In this document: positions 19,368-29,735 of the stretch, piece after piece
Position numbering within the stretch: position 1 is the first letter of the stretch
Layout: each line of letters begins with the position of its first letter
Assembly: GCA_945868435.1 (NCBI GenBank)
Contig: CAMBLG010000008.1
Coordinates: 14,894 to 78,893 of the forward strand
Length of the DNA stretch: 64,000 bases
Reading direction: 5' to 3'
From: an uncultured Lachnospiraceae bacterium
GTDB lineage: Bacteria > Bacillota > Clostridia > Lachnospirales > Lachnospiraceae
Notes under the pieces: model-generated
What the model saw: the letters and a program-made list of their open reading frames with translations, nothing else
Databases searched by the model: none
What the model was told of the DNA's origin: nothing
Program-made: the position numbers and the translations under genes

Positions 19368-20900
19368 TTATTTGTCAACTGCCTCGTCAGCCTGTTCCTT
19401 CACTGCTTTCTTGCAGTTGTCTTCTTTGCAGCGGCCGTACATTTCCATATAACGATACAGCTTCTTTGCAAGTGCGTTCGTAATCTGATCCTCTGTCGCG
19501 CGCCACTTCCAATTGTCGCCCAGCGTAGATGGCGTGTTGATTCGAGCCTCAGAGCCCAGCCCCAACAGATCCTGAATCGGAACAATTGCCATATCTGCCA
19601 CGGAAGACCATGCAGCACGCATCATGCCCCAGTTATATCCTTCCTCCTGCGTCAGATTCAGGTACTCCTTGGCAAACTTCACAGATGCCTTCGGTGCCGT
19701 CTTCATCCAGCCCATAGCCGTATCGTTATCATGTGTACCGGTATAAACCACACAGTGGGTCGGATAGGTGTGCGGCAGATAATCGCTGCCTTCGCGGCTG
19801 TCAAACGCGAACTGGATCACCTTCATGCCCGGGAAGCCGGAATCCTTTAACAGCTTGATTACGGACGGAGTCAAGAAGCCCAAATCCTCAACAATGATTG
19901 GAAGTCTGCCAAGCTTCTCCTCCAATTTGTTGAACAGATCCATTCCAGGTCCCTTCTTCCACTTACCGTTCTTGGCCGTCTTATCGCCTGCCGGAATCGC
20001 ATAGTAGGAATCGAATCCGCGGAAGTGATCGATACGCACAATATCATACAGGGAAGCCATGGCCTGAATACGCTTAGTCCACCACGCATAATCATCCTTC
20101 TTCATCGTGCTCCAACGGAACAGTGGATTGCCCCACAGCTGTCCGTCAGCGGAAAAAGCGTCAGGCGGGCATCCGGCCACCTCAATCGGATTCAGATCCT
20201 TATCCAGATAGAACTGCTTGGGATTCGCCCATACATCTGCGCTGTCCCCGGCAACATAGATCGGCACATCTCCGATAATCTGAATTCCCTTTTCATTGGC
20301 ATAAGCCTTCAGTTCCTTCCACTGCTTGAAGAACAGATACTGCAGCATCTTATAGAACTCGATATCGTCCGCATACTGCTTCTTCGCCTTATCCAGTGCG
20401 CTCGGCTTGCGGCGCTTGATATCATTGTCCCATTCAAGCCATGCAACACCGCCGTTGGCATCTTTCAGAGCCATGAACAGTGCATAATCCTCCAGCCAGT
20501 CTGCTTCCTTCTTGCAGAACGCTGCAAAATCCGCCGGAGTCTTTTTGACAAAACGCGCATATGCCTTCTTCAGCAGAGCGTATCTGCTGACATACATCGT
20601 TCCGTAATCCACATACTGCTCGCTTCCTCCCCAGTCAAAGGATTCGCACTCCGCCTTCGTCAAAAGTTTGTCTTTGCACAGATACTCCAGATCAATAAAA
20701 TACGGATTCCCTGCGAAACTGGAAAAAGACTGATAAGGGGAATCTCCATAACTGGTCGGACATATCGGAAGAATCTGCCAGTATGTCTGTCCTCCCTTTA
20801 CAAGGAAATCCACAAATTTTCTTGCAGCCTTTCCCATGGTTCCAATGCCATATGGTGATGGCAGTGAAGAAATTGGCATAAGCACGCCACTCGTTCTCAT
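19368..20900 (-). CDS. malQ: 4-alpha-glucanotransferase (GH77)
   Basis: SGVLMPISSLP, SPYQSFSSFAGN, RIDHFRG, EDLG, YTGTHDN. Confidence 0.96.
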   Translation of the reverse strand: MRTSGVLMPISSLPSPYGIGTMGKAARKFVDFLVKGGQTYWQILPICPTSYGDSPYQSFSSFAGNPYFIDLEYLCKDKLLTKAECESFDWGGSEQYVDYGTMYVSRYALLKKAYARFVKKTPADFAAFCKKEADWLEDYALFMALKDANGGVAWLEWDNDIKRRKPSALDKAKKQYADDIEFYKMLQYLFFKQWKELKAYANEKGIQIIGDVPIYVAGDSADVWANPKQFYLDKDLNPIEVAGCPPDAFSADGQLWGNPLFRWSTMKKDDYAWWTKRIQAMASLYDIVRIDHFRGFDSYYAIPAGDKTAKNGKWKKGPGMDLFNKLEEKLGRLPIIVEDLGFLTPSVIKLLKDSGFPGMKVIQFAFDSREGSDYLPHTYPTHCVVYTGTHDNDTAMGWMKTAPKASVKFAKEYLNLTQEEGYNWGMMRAAWSSVADMAIVPIQDLLGLGSEARINTPSTLGDNWKWRATEDQITNALAKKLYRYMEMYGRCKEDNCKKAVKEQADEAVDK

Positions 20901-21025
20901 AAACTTTTCCTCCTAAAGCTTTACTCCTGATTTATAATATACCATCTTTTTGTCTTCTTGTAAAAAGTATTTTTCAATGCTAATATAAAAGAAAACGAAA
21001 TTTATTACAAAGGATGGTTTTTATC

Positions 21026-22285
21026 ATGAATGATATGATCAAACATAAAATACAACACAACGCGCGCCGGGCAGTCACCTCTGTCAAATGGGTGGTCTTT
21101 GCCATTCTGGTTGGTGTTGTTGTGGGCATCTGCGGAACGGCCTTTTATTTCGGTCTCTCCTTTGTCACACTCCTGCGCACCCAGAATCCATGGCTGATTT
21201 TTCTTCTTCCGGTCGGCGGTCTGGCAATTGTCGGTCTGTACCATCTGTTCAAAGATGAAGATGACTCCGGAACCAATCTGGTCATCTCTGCCATTCATTC
21301 CGGCGATAAACTTCCCTTCCGCATGGCTCCGCTGATCTTTATCTCAACACTGATCACACACCTCTTCGGAGGTTCGGCCGGTCGCGAGGGTGCGGCTCTC
21401 CAGCTGGGCGGAAGTCTTGGCAACTCCATCGGACGCCTGTTCCGCTTTGACGAAAAGGATAAACATGTCATGATCATGTGCGGCATGAGCGCCGCTTTCT
21501 CCGCACTCTTCGGCACACCGATGGCTGCTGCCATCTTCTCCATGGAGATGGTCAGTGTCGGCGTCATGTACTACATTGCACTGGTTCCATGCGTGATCAG
21601 TTCCCTTGTAGCCCACGGCATCGCCTACTCCTTCGGTGTATCCAATGATCTGTTTCTCATTGAAGCCATCCCGAAGTTCACCATCCTGTCTGCCGTAAAG
21701 ATTACTTTTCTGGCAGTCCTGTGCGCACTGGTCAGCATTCTCTTCTGTATTACCCTGCACAAGACGGAGGAGCTATACAAGCACTTTTTCAAAAATCCAT
21801 ATCTGCGCGCCTTTGTGGGCGGCTGTATCATCATCGTTCTGACTCTGCTTGTAGGCAATCAGAACTATAACGGAACCGGCATTACCATGATCGAGCATTG
21901 CATCGCGGGCACCGTTCATCCGGAAGCATTCATTCTCAAGATTGTATTTACTGCCCTGACGCTTGGAGCAGGTTACAAGGGAGGCGAAATCGTCCCCTCC
22001 TTCTTCACCGGTGCCGCGCTTGGATGCCTCTTCGGCAATCTGCTGGGATTCTCGCCAACGCTTTGCACCGCTGTGGGAATGACCTCACTGTTCTGTGGTG
22101 TGACCAACTGCCCGATCACCTCACTCCTGATCAGCTTTGAGCTGTTCGGCTACGACGGAATGCCTTACTTTTTACTTGCAACGGCATTCAGTTATATGCT
22201 GTCCGGCTATTTCGGCCTGTACCGAAGCCAGCGCATCGTTTACTCCAAGTATAAAACAAGCTACATCAATAAATCAACTCATTAA
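21026..22285 (+). CDS. CLC-family (EriC) anion channel or antiporter
   Basis: GGSAGREGAALQ, FGTP, GGEIVP and many TM helices; start could be 21014. Confidence 0.9.
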   Translation: MNDMIKHKIQHNARRAVTSVKWVVFAILVGVVVGICGTAFYFGLSFVTLLRTQNPWLIFLLPVGGLAIVGLYHLFKDEDDSGTNLVISAIHSGDKLPFRMAPLIFISTLITHLFGGSAGREGAALQLGGSLGNSIGRLFRFDEKDKHVMIMCGMSAAFSALFGTPMAAAIFSMEMVSVGVMYYIALVPCVISSLVAHGIAYSFGVSNDLFLIEAIPKFTILSAVKITFLAVLCALVSILFCITLHKTEELYKHFFKNPYLRAFVGGCIIIVLTLLVGNQNYNGTGITMIEHCIAGTVHPEAFILKIVFTALTLGAGYKGGEIVPSFFTGAALGCLFGNLLGFSPTLCTAVGMTSLFCGVTNCPITSLLISFELFGYDGMPYFLLATAFSYMLSGYFGLYRSQRIVYSKYKTSYINKSTH

Positions 22286-22318
22286 ATTAACACAGTTATT
22301 CATCGTATTTTGTAACGG

Positions 22319-24235
22319 CTATACACGGGCGAGCACATATGCGGCCACAGGCTCCATAGGAAGCTCGCCTTTCAGCTGTGCCAACGGCGTAACGCCTGCA
22401 TGTGTCTTATCAACATACACGTCATAACATCCACCCGGAAGCTTCACTTTTACCGGCTTTGGATTCGCATTATATGCCACCAAAAGCACCTCATCTGCAT
22501 AATCGATGGTGAATACCACCACGTTTTCCGGCAGGTCATCTATAAAATGAATGCACTCCCTCACCTCGACGCCCTCAGAAAGGCGAAGCCCTCTGTGAGC
22601 TTTTCGAAATGCAATCAGTCCCCGATAGTACGCGTAAAGCTCCGCATTTTCCTCTAAAAGCCCATATCGGAGCGCATTGGTATACAATGGCAGATTGTAG
22701 CTGTTCTCGGAGACCTCATTGCTTCCCTCGATTGGCTTGGACCGTCCGAACTCTTCTCCCTGCAGGAAAAACGGAATTCCCTGCGAGGTAAAAACCATAG
22801 CGGCCGCCAGCCGGTTCATGGCAAGACATTCCTCTTTCGTACTCTTCGGACACGAAATGGTCAGTTTATCCCACAACGTCAGATTATCGTGACATGACAC
22901 ATAGCTGATTACATCCGTCGGATTCTCTGCCCAGGTCCCACCCGGCGTGTAAGCATATCCCGCATAATCCACCTGGGGATGCCATACCCCGGCAGTCGCC
23001 GCATAGCGAACGCTGTTTTCCATATTCTGCTGTCCGTTGACAAAGCCTTTGACATCCTCGTAGAATACATGCCCTTTGACTGTATCCCGAATATCATCGG
23101 AAAACATACCGATGTCATGAAGCATCCGGACATTCTTTTTCTGCGCCCGCAGATATTCCGGAAGAACGGAATCGCCGCCGGTCCATCCCTCACCATAGAG
23201 AATGATAGAAGGATTGATTTCCTTCAGCCGTGCACTCAATTCATTCAGGGTGACAATATCCAGAACCCCCATAAGATCAAACCGAAAGCCGTCAATGTGA
23301 TACTCCTTTGCCCAGTAGCACACGGATTCTACAATATATTTACGCACCATCGGATGCTCTGATGCCACTTCGTTTCCACAGGCAGAAGCATCGGAATACC
23401 GCTCCCCATTTTTTCGGAAAAAGTAATCCGGTTCCACCTTCTGAAAACAACTGTTATCAACATCAAAGGTGTGATTGTATACCACGTCCATGATAACGCC
23501 AAGGCCTGCCTTATGCAGTGCCTGTATCATCTGCTTAAACTCCCGGATGCGGACTTCTCCGTGGAACGGATCCGTGGAATAAGACCCCTCCGGCACATTA
23601 TAATTCACCGGATCATAGCCCCAGTTATATTGCTCCTCGTCCGGCTTCGACTCATCAATACTTCCGAAATCAAAAGACGGCATCAGTTGTACATGTGTCA
23701 CGCCCAATTCCAGAAGATGATCCAACCCTAACGGATTTCCCTTGGCATCTTTCAGTCCACGCTCCGCCAGTCCCAGATATTTTCCCGGATAACTGCTGCC
23801 GCAGGAGGCATCCGACGTCGTATCTGCCACAGAGACCTCACACACAATGATATCTGTTTTACGCTCCGGTCGCGGACCTTCATCCAGAGCAAAGCCTTTC
23901 GGATCAGTCTCCTTTAAGTCCAGTACCATACTTCGCGCACCGTTTACTCCAACCGCAACGGAATACGGATCCTGCGTCTCCTGCATCTTGCCACCATGCC
24001 ATACCTTATATGTATAATAGATTCCATTCAGATTGCCCTTCTTAACGGTGGTCCAGGTTCCACCCTCGCTCTCCTGCATCGGAATGTGTTCCAAAAGGCA
24101 GTCTCCATCCCCCTCGCTGTACAGACAAAGAGTTACGGCCTCTGCCGACGGTGCCCACAGCCGAAAAGATGTTGCCTCTTTTCCATAAACAGCTCCCAGA
24201 TCATTTCCAAAGTAATACGGTTCCTTTGCTACCAT
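22319..24235 (-). CDS. pulA: Type I pullulanase (GH13)
   Basis: YNWGYDP, MDVVYNH, DGFRFDLMG, YGEGW, SCHDN. Confidence 0.95.
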   Translation of the reverse strand: MVAKEPYYFGNDLGAVYGKEATSFRLWAPSAEAVTLCLYSEGDGDCLLEHIPMQESEGGTWTTVKKGNLNGIYYTYKVWHGGKMQETQDPYSVAVGVNGARSMVLDLKETDPKGFALDEGPRPERKTDIIVCEVSVADTTSDASCGSSYPGKYLGLAERGLKDAKGNPLGLDHLLELGVTHVQLMPSFDFGSIDESKPDEEQYNWGYDPVNYNVPEGSYSTDPFHGEVRIREFKQMIQALHKAGLGVIMDVVYNHTFDVDNSCFQKVEPDYFFRKNGERYSDASACGNEVASEHPMVRKYIVESVCYWAKEYHIDGFRFDLMGVLDIVTLNELSARLKEINPSIILYGEGWTGGDSVLPEYLRAQKKNVRMLHDIGMFSDDIRDTVKGHVFYEDVKGFVNGQQNMENSVRYAATAGVWHPQVDYAGYAYTPGGTWAENPTDVISYVSCHDNLTLWDKLTISCPKSTKEECLAMNRLAAAMVFTSQGIPFFLQGEEFGRSKPIEGSNEVSENSYNLPLYTNALRYGLLEENAELYAYYRGLIAFRKAHRGLRLSEGVEVRECIHFIDDLPENVVVFTIDYADEVLLVAYNANPKPVKVKLPGGCYDVYVDKTHAGVTPLAQLKGELPMEPVAAYVLARV

Positions 24236-24390
24236 TTTGCCTCCTCTTTTTACTCCCGGTTATGGCTATCTGCCTAAAAAGCCAATTGTAGTTTTCGTAT
24301 TTTTTCGTATTCATTATATTTTATTTGTCCACAGATGTAAATTGGGATTTTTACTAAGATTTTTAGACCATTTTGTGTAAAAAGACGAAA

Positions 24391-24418
24391 GAAAAGATGC
24401 CCCTTTTCAGGAGCACCT
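24391..24418 (-). terminator. Terminator of the trp operon
   Basis: Minus strand AGGTGCTCC-tgaaaa-GGGGCATCT followed by TTTCTTT. Confidence 0.65.
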
Positions 24419-24473
24419 ATCAGCCTGTTTTTATATATTGGTTAACAACTGGTAACAATCCGACTATACTCAC

Positions 24474-25481
24474 CTACTTTGAGGCAGCCACCAAAGCCTC
24501 AAGGGTCTGAAGTGCTTTTCCGGAATCAATGGTTTCCGCTGCCATACGGATACCATCTTCAATACTGTCCGCAAGTCCTCCGACATACAGGGTTGCGCCT
24601 GCATTCAGGAGAACGATCTCACGCTTTTTGCCCTTTTCCTTTCCGGCAAGAATATCCTTCGTAATCTGCGCGTTGACCGCTCCGTCCCCGCCCTGCAGCT
24701 CCTTTAATTCACAGCGCTCAAATCCAAACTGCTCCGGCGTAATCCTGTACACACGTACTTCCCCGTTCTCAATCTCGGCAACCATGGTCGCTCCGGTCAG
24801 TGTAATCTCATCCATTCTGTCCTCGCCGCTCACCACCAGGCCACGCTCAACCCCCAGATCTGCCATAACCTTTGCGATGGACTCCGCCAGCATCGGGTTA
24901 TATACACCTACCACCATTTTCTTGGCACGGGACGGATTGGAAAGCGGTCCTAGAATATTGAACACGGTGCGAATACCGAGCTGGGAGCGAACCGGCCCCA
25001 CATATTTCATACACGGGTTAAAATGGGGGGCAAACATAAATCCAATGCCCACACCCTCCACACATTTCTCCACGACCTCCGGGTCTGCGGAAATGTTGAC
25101 ACCCAGAGCTTCCAACACATCTCCCGCACCGCTCTTGGAGGAAATGGAGCGATTGCCGTGCTTTGCCACCGGAAGTCCTGCCGCTGCTACCACGAACGCA
25201 GAGGTTGTGGAAATATTAAAGGAAAATGTACTGTCTCCACCGGTTCCCACTAGATCTACATAATTGGACAGCTTAGGGCTTATGGTGTTAGCCTTCTGGC
25301 GAAGCACCGTTGCAAAACCGAGGATCTCATCCACCGTCTCTCCCTTCATCCGAAGCGCAGTCAGCACAGCACCGATCTGTGCCTCTGTCGCCTGTCCGGT
25401 GAGAATCAGCTCTGCTATCCGCTCCGCCTCCCCGCGCGATAAGTCTCTTCCCTCTGTCAGTGCTTTAATTGCTTCCTTCAT
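24474..25481 (-). CDS. trpD: Anthranilate phosphoribosyltransferase
   Basis: VGTGGD, NIST, KHGNRSISSKSG, RTVFNILGPL. Confidence 0.96.
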   Translation of the reverse strand: MKEAIKALTEGRDLSRGEAERIAELILTGQATEAQIGAVLTALRMKGETVDEILGFATVLRQKANTISPKLSNYVDLVGTGGDSTFSFNISTTSAFVVAAAGLPVAKHGNRSISSKSGAGDVLEALGVNISADPEVVEKCVEGVGIGFMFAPHFNPCMKYVGPVRSQLGIRTVFNILGPLSNPSRAKKMVVGVYNPMLAESIAKVMADLGVERGLVVSGEDRMDEITLTGATMVAEIENGEVRVYRITPEQFGFERCELKELQGGDGAVNAQITKDILAGKEKGKKREIVLLNAGATLYVGGLADSIEDGIRMAAETIDSGKALQTLEALVAASK

Positions 25482-25568
25482 ACCATGATACCATCCTTTC
25501 CTGTCATCCAGCTCAACTGTTTCTTGTACTTTTTATTTCCATACTCTTATGTATGGTGTATCCATTTC

Positions 25569-26378
25569 CTACAGGGCGTTCAATTCCCTCTTAAATGTGC
25601 TGCAGTACTCTGCCGCCGCCTCCGGCGAAAATGCATGTTCTCTCATCAGATTGATAAAATGTGTTCCTACGATTGCACCGTCGATTACATCCTTCATCGG
25701 TGCCACATCCTCCGCCGTGCGGATTCCGAATCCCATCATCACCGGAATCTTTGATATCTCCTTCACATTGGCCAGATAGCCCATAACCTCCCTGTGGAAG
25801 GAAGCCTCCTGTCCCGTTACACCCATGGAAGATACGCAGTATACAAAGCCTCTGGCATTCTCAAGAATCATCGGCACACGGTTCTTTGACACCGGAGATA
25901 CCAGCTGAATCAGAATGGTCTCCTGCTCTGCCTTCGCATTGCTCTCATCCAGCGCATTCTGCAGTTCCTCCTGCTCCTCAAAGGGAAGGTCCGGAATGAT
26001 CAGACCGTCCACGCCGCAAGCTCTGCATTTTTCCGCAAAAGCCGTCATTCCATAGTGTAGCACCGTATTGTAATACATCATAAACACAATTGGAAGTTTA
26101 ACGCCCTCCTGGCGCAGTTCTTTCATGCAGGTAAAGGTTTTCTCCAAAGTCGCACCGCCTAAGATTGCATCGTAGGATGCCGCCTGGATAACCGGGCCAT
26201 CTGCCACCGGATCCGAAAATGGAATTCCCAGCTCGATGATGTCCGTTCCTGCCTGCTCCTGAGCCTTGATGATAGCCTTGGTTTTTCCGTAATCCGGAAG
26301 ACCGGCGGTAATATATGTGATAAACGCCTTTTCTTTTTTCTCCTGCAGTCCTGCAAGAGCCTGTTCGATTCGATTCAT
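25569..26378 (-). CDS. trpA: Tryptophan synthase alpha subunit
   Basis: ELGIPFSDPVADGPVIQ, IIPDLP, GVTG, GFGI. Confidence 0.97.
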   Translation of the reverse strand: MNRIEQALAGLQEKKEKAFITYITAGLPDYGKTKAIIKAQEQAGTDIIELGIPFSDPVADGPVIQAASYDAILGGATLEKTFTCMKELRQEGVKLPIVFMMYYNTVLHYGMTAFAEKCRACGVDGLIIPDLPFEEQEELQNALDESNAKAEQETILIQLVSPVSKNRVPMILENARGFVYCVSSMGVTGQEASFHREVMGYLANVKEISKIPVMMGFGIRTAEDVAPMKDVIDGAIVGTHFINLMREHAFSPEAAAEYCSTFKRELNAL

Positions 26379-26422
26379 AATTTTCCTCCTAATCTATGAA
26401 CATCCGTCTATGGTCTGAACGA

Positions 26423-27610
26423 TTAATTTAAGTATCCTTTGCCCGCAAGGTAATCTGAGATGGTGTTGACATCCTTATCTCCACGCCCGGACAGGCAGAC
26501 GATCATGCTCATGTCTTTAGTCATCTCCTTCGCCTTTTTCATGGCGTAGGCAACCGCATGGGCACTCTCGATTGCCGGAATGATTCCCTCCAGCTTACAG
26601 AGCTCCAAAAGAGCATCCATGGCCTCCTTATCGGTGATGGACACATAGGTAGCTCGACCGCTGTCCCGCAGGTACGCATGCTCCGGTCCCACTCCCGGAT
26701 AATCCAGACCTGCAGAGATGGAATGTGCCAGCTGGATATTGCCGTCCGTATCCTGAAGCAGATACGAACGCATTCCGTGAAGTACGCCCGGCTCACCAAG
26801 AGCCATGGCAGATGCATGCTTTCCGGTCTCGATGCCGAGTCCTGCAGCTTCTACGCCGATCAGCTCCACATCCTTTTCCTCTATAAACTCCGCAAACATA
26901 CCGATGGAGTTGGAACCGCCTCCCACACAGGCCATTACCACGTCCGGGTTACGCCCCTCAACCTCCATATGCTGGCGCTTTGCCTCCTTGCTGATGACGC
27001 TCTGGAATTCCTTGACCATCTTCGGATACGGATACGGTCCCACCGCGGAACCAATTACATAGAAGGTATCTTCAGCAGTCTTGGCCCAGGTCCGAATTGC
27101 CTCGTTGGTAGCATCCTTTAAGGTATTGCTTCCGGATTCCACTGACACGACCTTTGCGCCCAGCATCTCCATACGCATCACATTCAGCTTCTGTCTCTCA
27201 ATATCCTCTTTTCCCATATACACGGTACACTCCATGTCAAAGAGCGCCGCTCCCGTGGCGGTTGCCACACCGTGCTGTCCGGCTCCGGTCTCTGCGATAA
27301 CTTTCTTCTTACCCATGCGCTTGGCGAGAAGAATCTGACCAATCACGTTGTTGATCTTGTGGGCGCCCGTATGATTCAAATCCTCACGCTTCAGATAAAT
27401 CTTCGTTCCGTATTTCTCACTGAGGCGCTCCGCCAGATACAGCGGGGTCTCTCTTCCCACATACTGGCGCAGATATCTGTGATATTCCTCCATAAACGCC
27501 GGATCATGGATAGCCTCCTCAAAGGCCCGGTCCAATTCCTCCAATGTATTCATCAACGATTCTGCCACATACTGGCCACCGAATTCTCCATAATATGCTT
27601 TCTTATTCAT
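26423..27610 (-). CDS. trpB: Tryptophan synthase beta subunit
   Basis: [42 protein letters not shown]. Confidence 0.98.
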   Translation of the reverse strand: MNKKAYYGEFGGQYVAESLMNTLEELDRAFEEAIHDPAFMEEYHRYLRQYVGRETPLYLAERLSEKYGTKIYLKREDLNHTGAHKINNVIGQILLAKRMGKKKVIAETGAGQHGVATATGAALFDMECTVYMGKEDIERQKLNVMRMEMLGAKVVSVESGSNTLKDATNEAIRTWAKTAEDTFYVIGSAVGPYPYPKMVKEFQSVISKEAKRQHMEVEGRNPDVVMACVGGGSNSIGMFAEFIEEKDVELIGVEAAGLGIETGKHASAMALGEPGVLHGMRSYLLQDTDGNIQLAHSISAGLDYPGVGPEHAYLRDSGRATYVSITDKEAMDALLELCKLEGIIPAIESAHAVAYAMKKAKEMTKDMSMIVCLSGRGDKDVNTISDYLAGKGYLN

Positions 27611-28256
27611 AATCTCTTACCTCTCTGATAAATGTCATGATCTTATCCATGCTTTTTGCACCTTCGTCCTCCACACCGGAGCTGACGTCCACCACATCTG
27701 GGTCAAACAGCCGTATGCCCGCCTGCACGTTTTCCGCCCGAAGACCGCCTGCAAGGATCAGTTTTCTTTCCGTAAATTCTTTTTGGCTGCGCCATCGCCT
27801 CACTGTCTGCTTAGCGTTCACATCCCAGGCAAAGGTTTTGCCGCTTCCATACTGTGCTCCGTCCATGACAAAGCCATCGATTTTCTCTGCCAGAGCTTCC
27901 GGCAGTGTTCTTATCCCCGACAGGCGCTCTGTCAGTTCTTCCGTCTTGGACAAGTTCACAGCAAACCAGATGGGAAGCTCTGCCAGCTCCAGAACCTCGT
28001 TCGATAAAGTTCCGTGAATCTGCAGAATGTCAAAGCCGGCTTTCTGAACCATCTCCACTGTTGCCACCTCCGGCGACACCATAACGGCCACTTTTTTTAT
28101 TCCCGGATTTAATGCTTCCATAATTACTTTTGCTTCTTCAATCGTTACGTTTCGTCTGCTGGGCGGATGAAACACAAACCCGGCATAGTCCGCGCCTGCG
28201 GCATTTAGATACTGTGCCTCCTTTGGTCTGGTCAGACCGCATATTTTAATCTGCAT
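27603..28256 (-). CDS. trpF: Phosphoribosylanthranilate isomerase
   Basis: IKICGLT, QIHG, GSGKTF, LAGGL, DVSSGVE; start at ATG 28256. Confidence 0.93.
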   Translation of the reverse strand: MQIKICGLTRPKEAQYLNAAGADYAGFVFHPPSRRNVTIEEAKVIMEALNPGIKKVAVMVSPEVATVEMVQKAGFDILQIHGTLSNEVLELAELPIWFAVNLSKTEELTERLSGIRTLPEALAEKIDGFVMDGAQYGSGKTFAWDVNAKQTVRRWRSQKEFTERKLILAGGLRAENVQAGIRLFDPDVVDVSSGVEDEGAKSMDKIMTFIREVRDYE

Positions 28257-28296
28257 ACGTTTTCCTTTCTGATAGGCTGGCTTCCTGTTCTGCATG

Positions 28297-29091
28297 CTAC
28301 CGGGATGCTTCTTCGTAGATCTGTTTCCAATGCTGCGCCACCGTCTTAGGATCTTCCGCTTCCATAAATGCTCTTCCGATCAGGAATGCATCCACGCCGC
28401 AGGAATTTAAGAACTGCACGTCCTCATCTCCCATAATGCCGCTCTCCGCCACAAACACCTTATCCGCAGGGACATAGGGACGAAGCCTTCTGGTATTTTC
28501 CAGCGATATGGTAAAATCCTTAAGATTGCGGTTATTTACGCCAAGTATTCTCGGATTTATTTTAAGCGCACGCTCCATCTCTGCCTCATCATGGGTCTCT
28601 ACCAACACATCCAGACCAAGCTCTCTTGCCAACTGATAGAAGTCTCGAAGCTGCGCGTCATCCAGAATCGCAGCTATGAGAAGCACTGCATCTGCACCGA
28701 TGGCTTTGGCCTCATAGAACTGGTATTCCTCGATCATGAAGTCCTTTCTCAAAATGGGCAGCTTGCTCTTCTCTCGAATCTGCTTTAAATAGTCCACATT
28801 CCCGCAGAAGTGATCCTCCTCCGTCAGGCAGGAAATGGCATCCACCGACGCATTGTAGATGTCGATGCGTTCCATCAGATCAATCTTCTGTGAAATCTGC
28901 CCCATGCTTGGGGATGCCTTCTTGAACTCCCCGATTATGGAAAGCCCCGGCTTTTTCAGATTCCGGTAAAAACAATCGGCATCTCTTGTGGGGGTCTGCT
29001 CCGCAAGCCTGCGCATCTTTTCTTCACTTACCTTCGCTTTGTGCTCCAAAAGGCGTTTTTTCTTATCTTCTACAATCTGGTCTAAAATCAT
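28297..29091 (-). CDS. trpC: Indole-3-glycerol phosphate synthase
   Basis: IGEFKKASPS, LRKDF, GADAVLLI, GVNNRNL, AESGI. Confidence 0.96.
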   Translation of the reverse strand: MILDQIVEDKKKRLLEHKAKVSEEKMRRLAEQTPTRDADCFYRNLKKPGLSIIGEFKKASPSMGQISQKIDLMERIDIYNASVDAISCLTEEDHFCGNVDYLKQIREKSKLPILRKDFMIEEYQFYEAKAIGADAVLLIAAILDDAQLRDFYQLARELGLDVLVETHDEAEMERALKINPRILGVNNRNLKDFTISLENTRRLRPYVPADKVFVAESGIMGDEDVQFLNSCGVDAFLIGRAFMEAEDPKTVAQHWKQIYEEASR

Positions 29092-29122
29092 TGTTGTTCT
29101 TCCCTTTTCTTGTTCAATGGTT

Positions 29123-29155
29123 GTACCTATTCAGAACCACCTTACGAATAGTTAC
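29123..29155. mobile_element. Minimal 33 bp member of the CTATTC..GAATAG MITE-like family
   Basis: GTACCTATTC / GAATAGTTAC ends. Interior shares CTATTCAGAACC and CCACCTTACGAAT with the 61599-61795 element. Flanks CAATGGTT / CAACAGTT match at 6 of 8. Confidence 0.6.
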
Positions 29156-29165
29156 CAACAGTTTT

Positions 29166-29735
29166 CTAAATCCGGTCATTCACAAAGTTCTCGATCAATC
29201 GCTTTCCGTGTTCCGTATAGATGGACTCCGGATGAAACTGCAACCCCACCACCGGATACTCCTTATGGCGGATTGCCATAATCTCACCGTCATCGGTTCT
29301 GGCCAACACCCGTAAGCACTCCGGCAGATCATCTTCCTGCACGGCAAGAGAATGGTAACGAGCTACTTTGATCAGCGAATCAATACCGGTAAATATACTG
29401 CTTCCATCGTGGGCTATCACGGACTGTTTGCCGTGAAACAGCGCTTTGGCATAGGATACGGTTCCGCCGAAGGCTTCCCCGATGCACTGATGTCCAAGGC
29501 AGATACCGAGAATCGGGATCTCTCCGGCAAAGGCCTTTACCACATCCATACAGATGCCGGCCTCCTTCGGGCTCTTTGGTCCCGGCGACAGAACAATCCG
29601 CTCCGGCTTCAGATTACGGATTTCCTCAATGGTTATCTTATCGTTTCGAACAACCCGAATATCCGCATTGAAAATTCCAATATACTGATACAGGTTATAC
29701 GTAAATGAATCATAGTTATCGATCATGAGAATCAT
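29166..29735 (-). CDS. trpG: Anthranilate synthase component II
   Basis: IDNYDSFTYNL, SPGP, GICLGHQ, RYHSL, QFHPES; ATGA overlap with the trpE stop. Confidence 0.95.
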   Translation of the reverse strand: MILMIDNYDSFTYNLYQYIGIFNADIRVVRNDKITIEEIRNLKPERIVLSPGPKSPKEAGICMDVVKAFAGEIPILGICLGHQCIGEAFGGTVSYAKALFHGKQSVIAHDGSSIFTGIDSLIKVARYHSLAVQEDDLPECLRVLARTDDGEIMAIRHKEYPVVGLQFHPESIYTEHGKRLIENFVNDRI

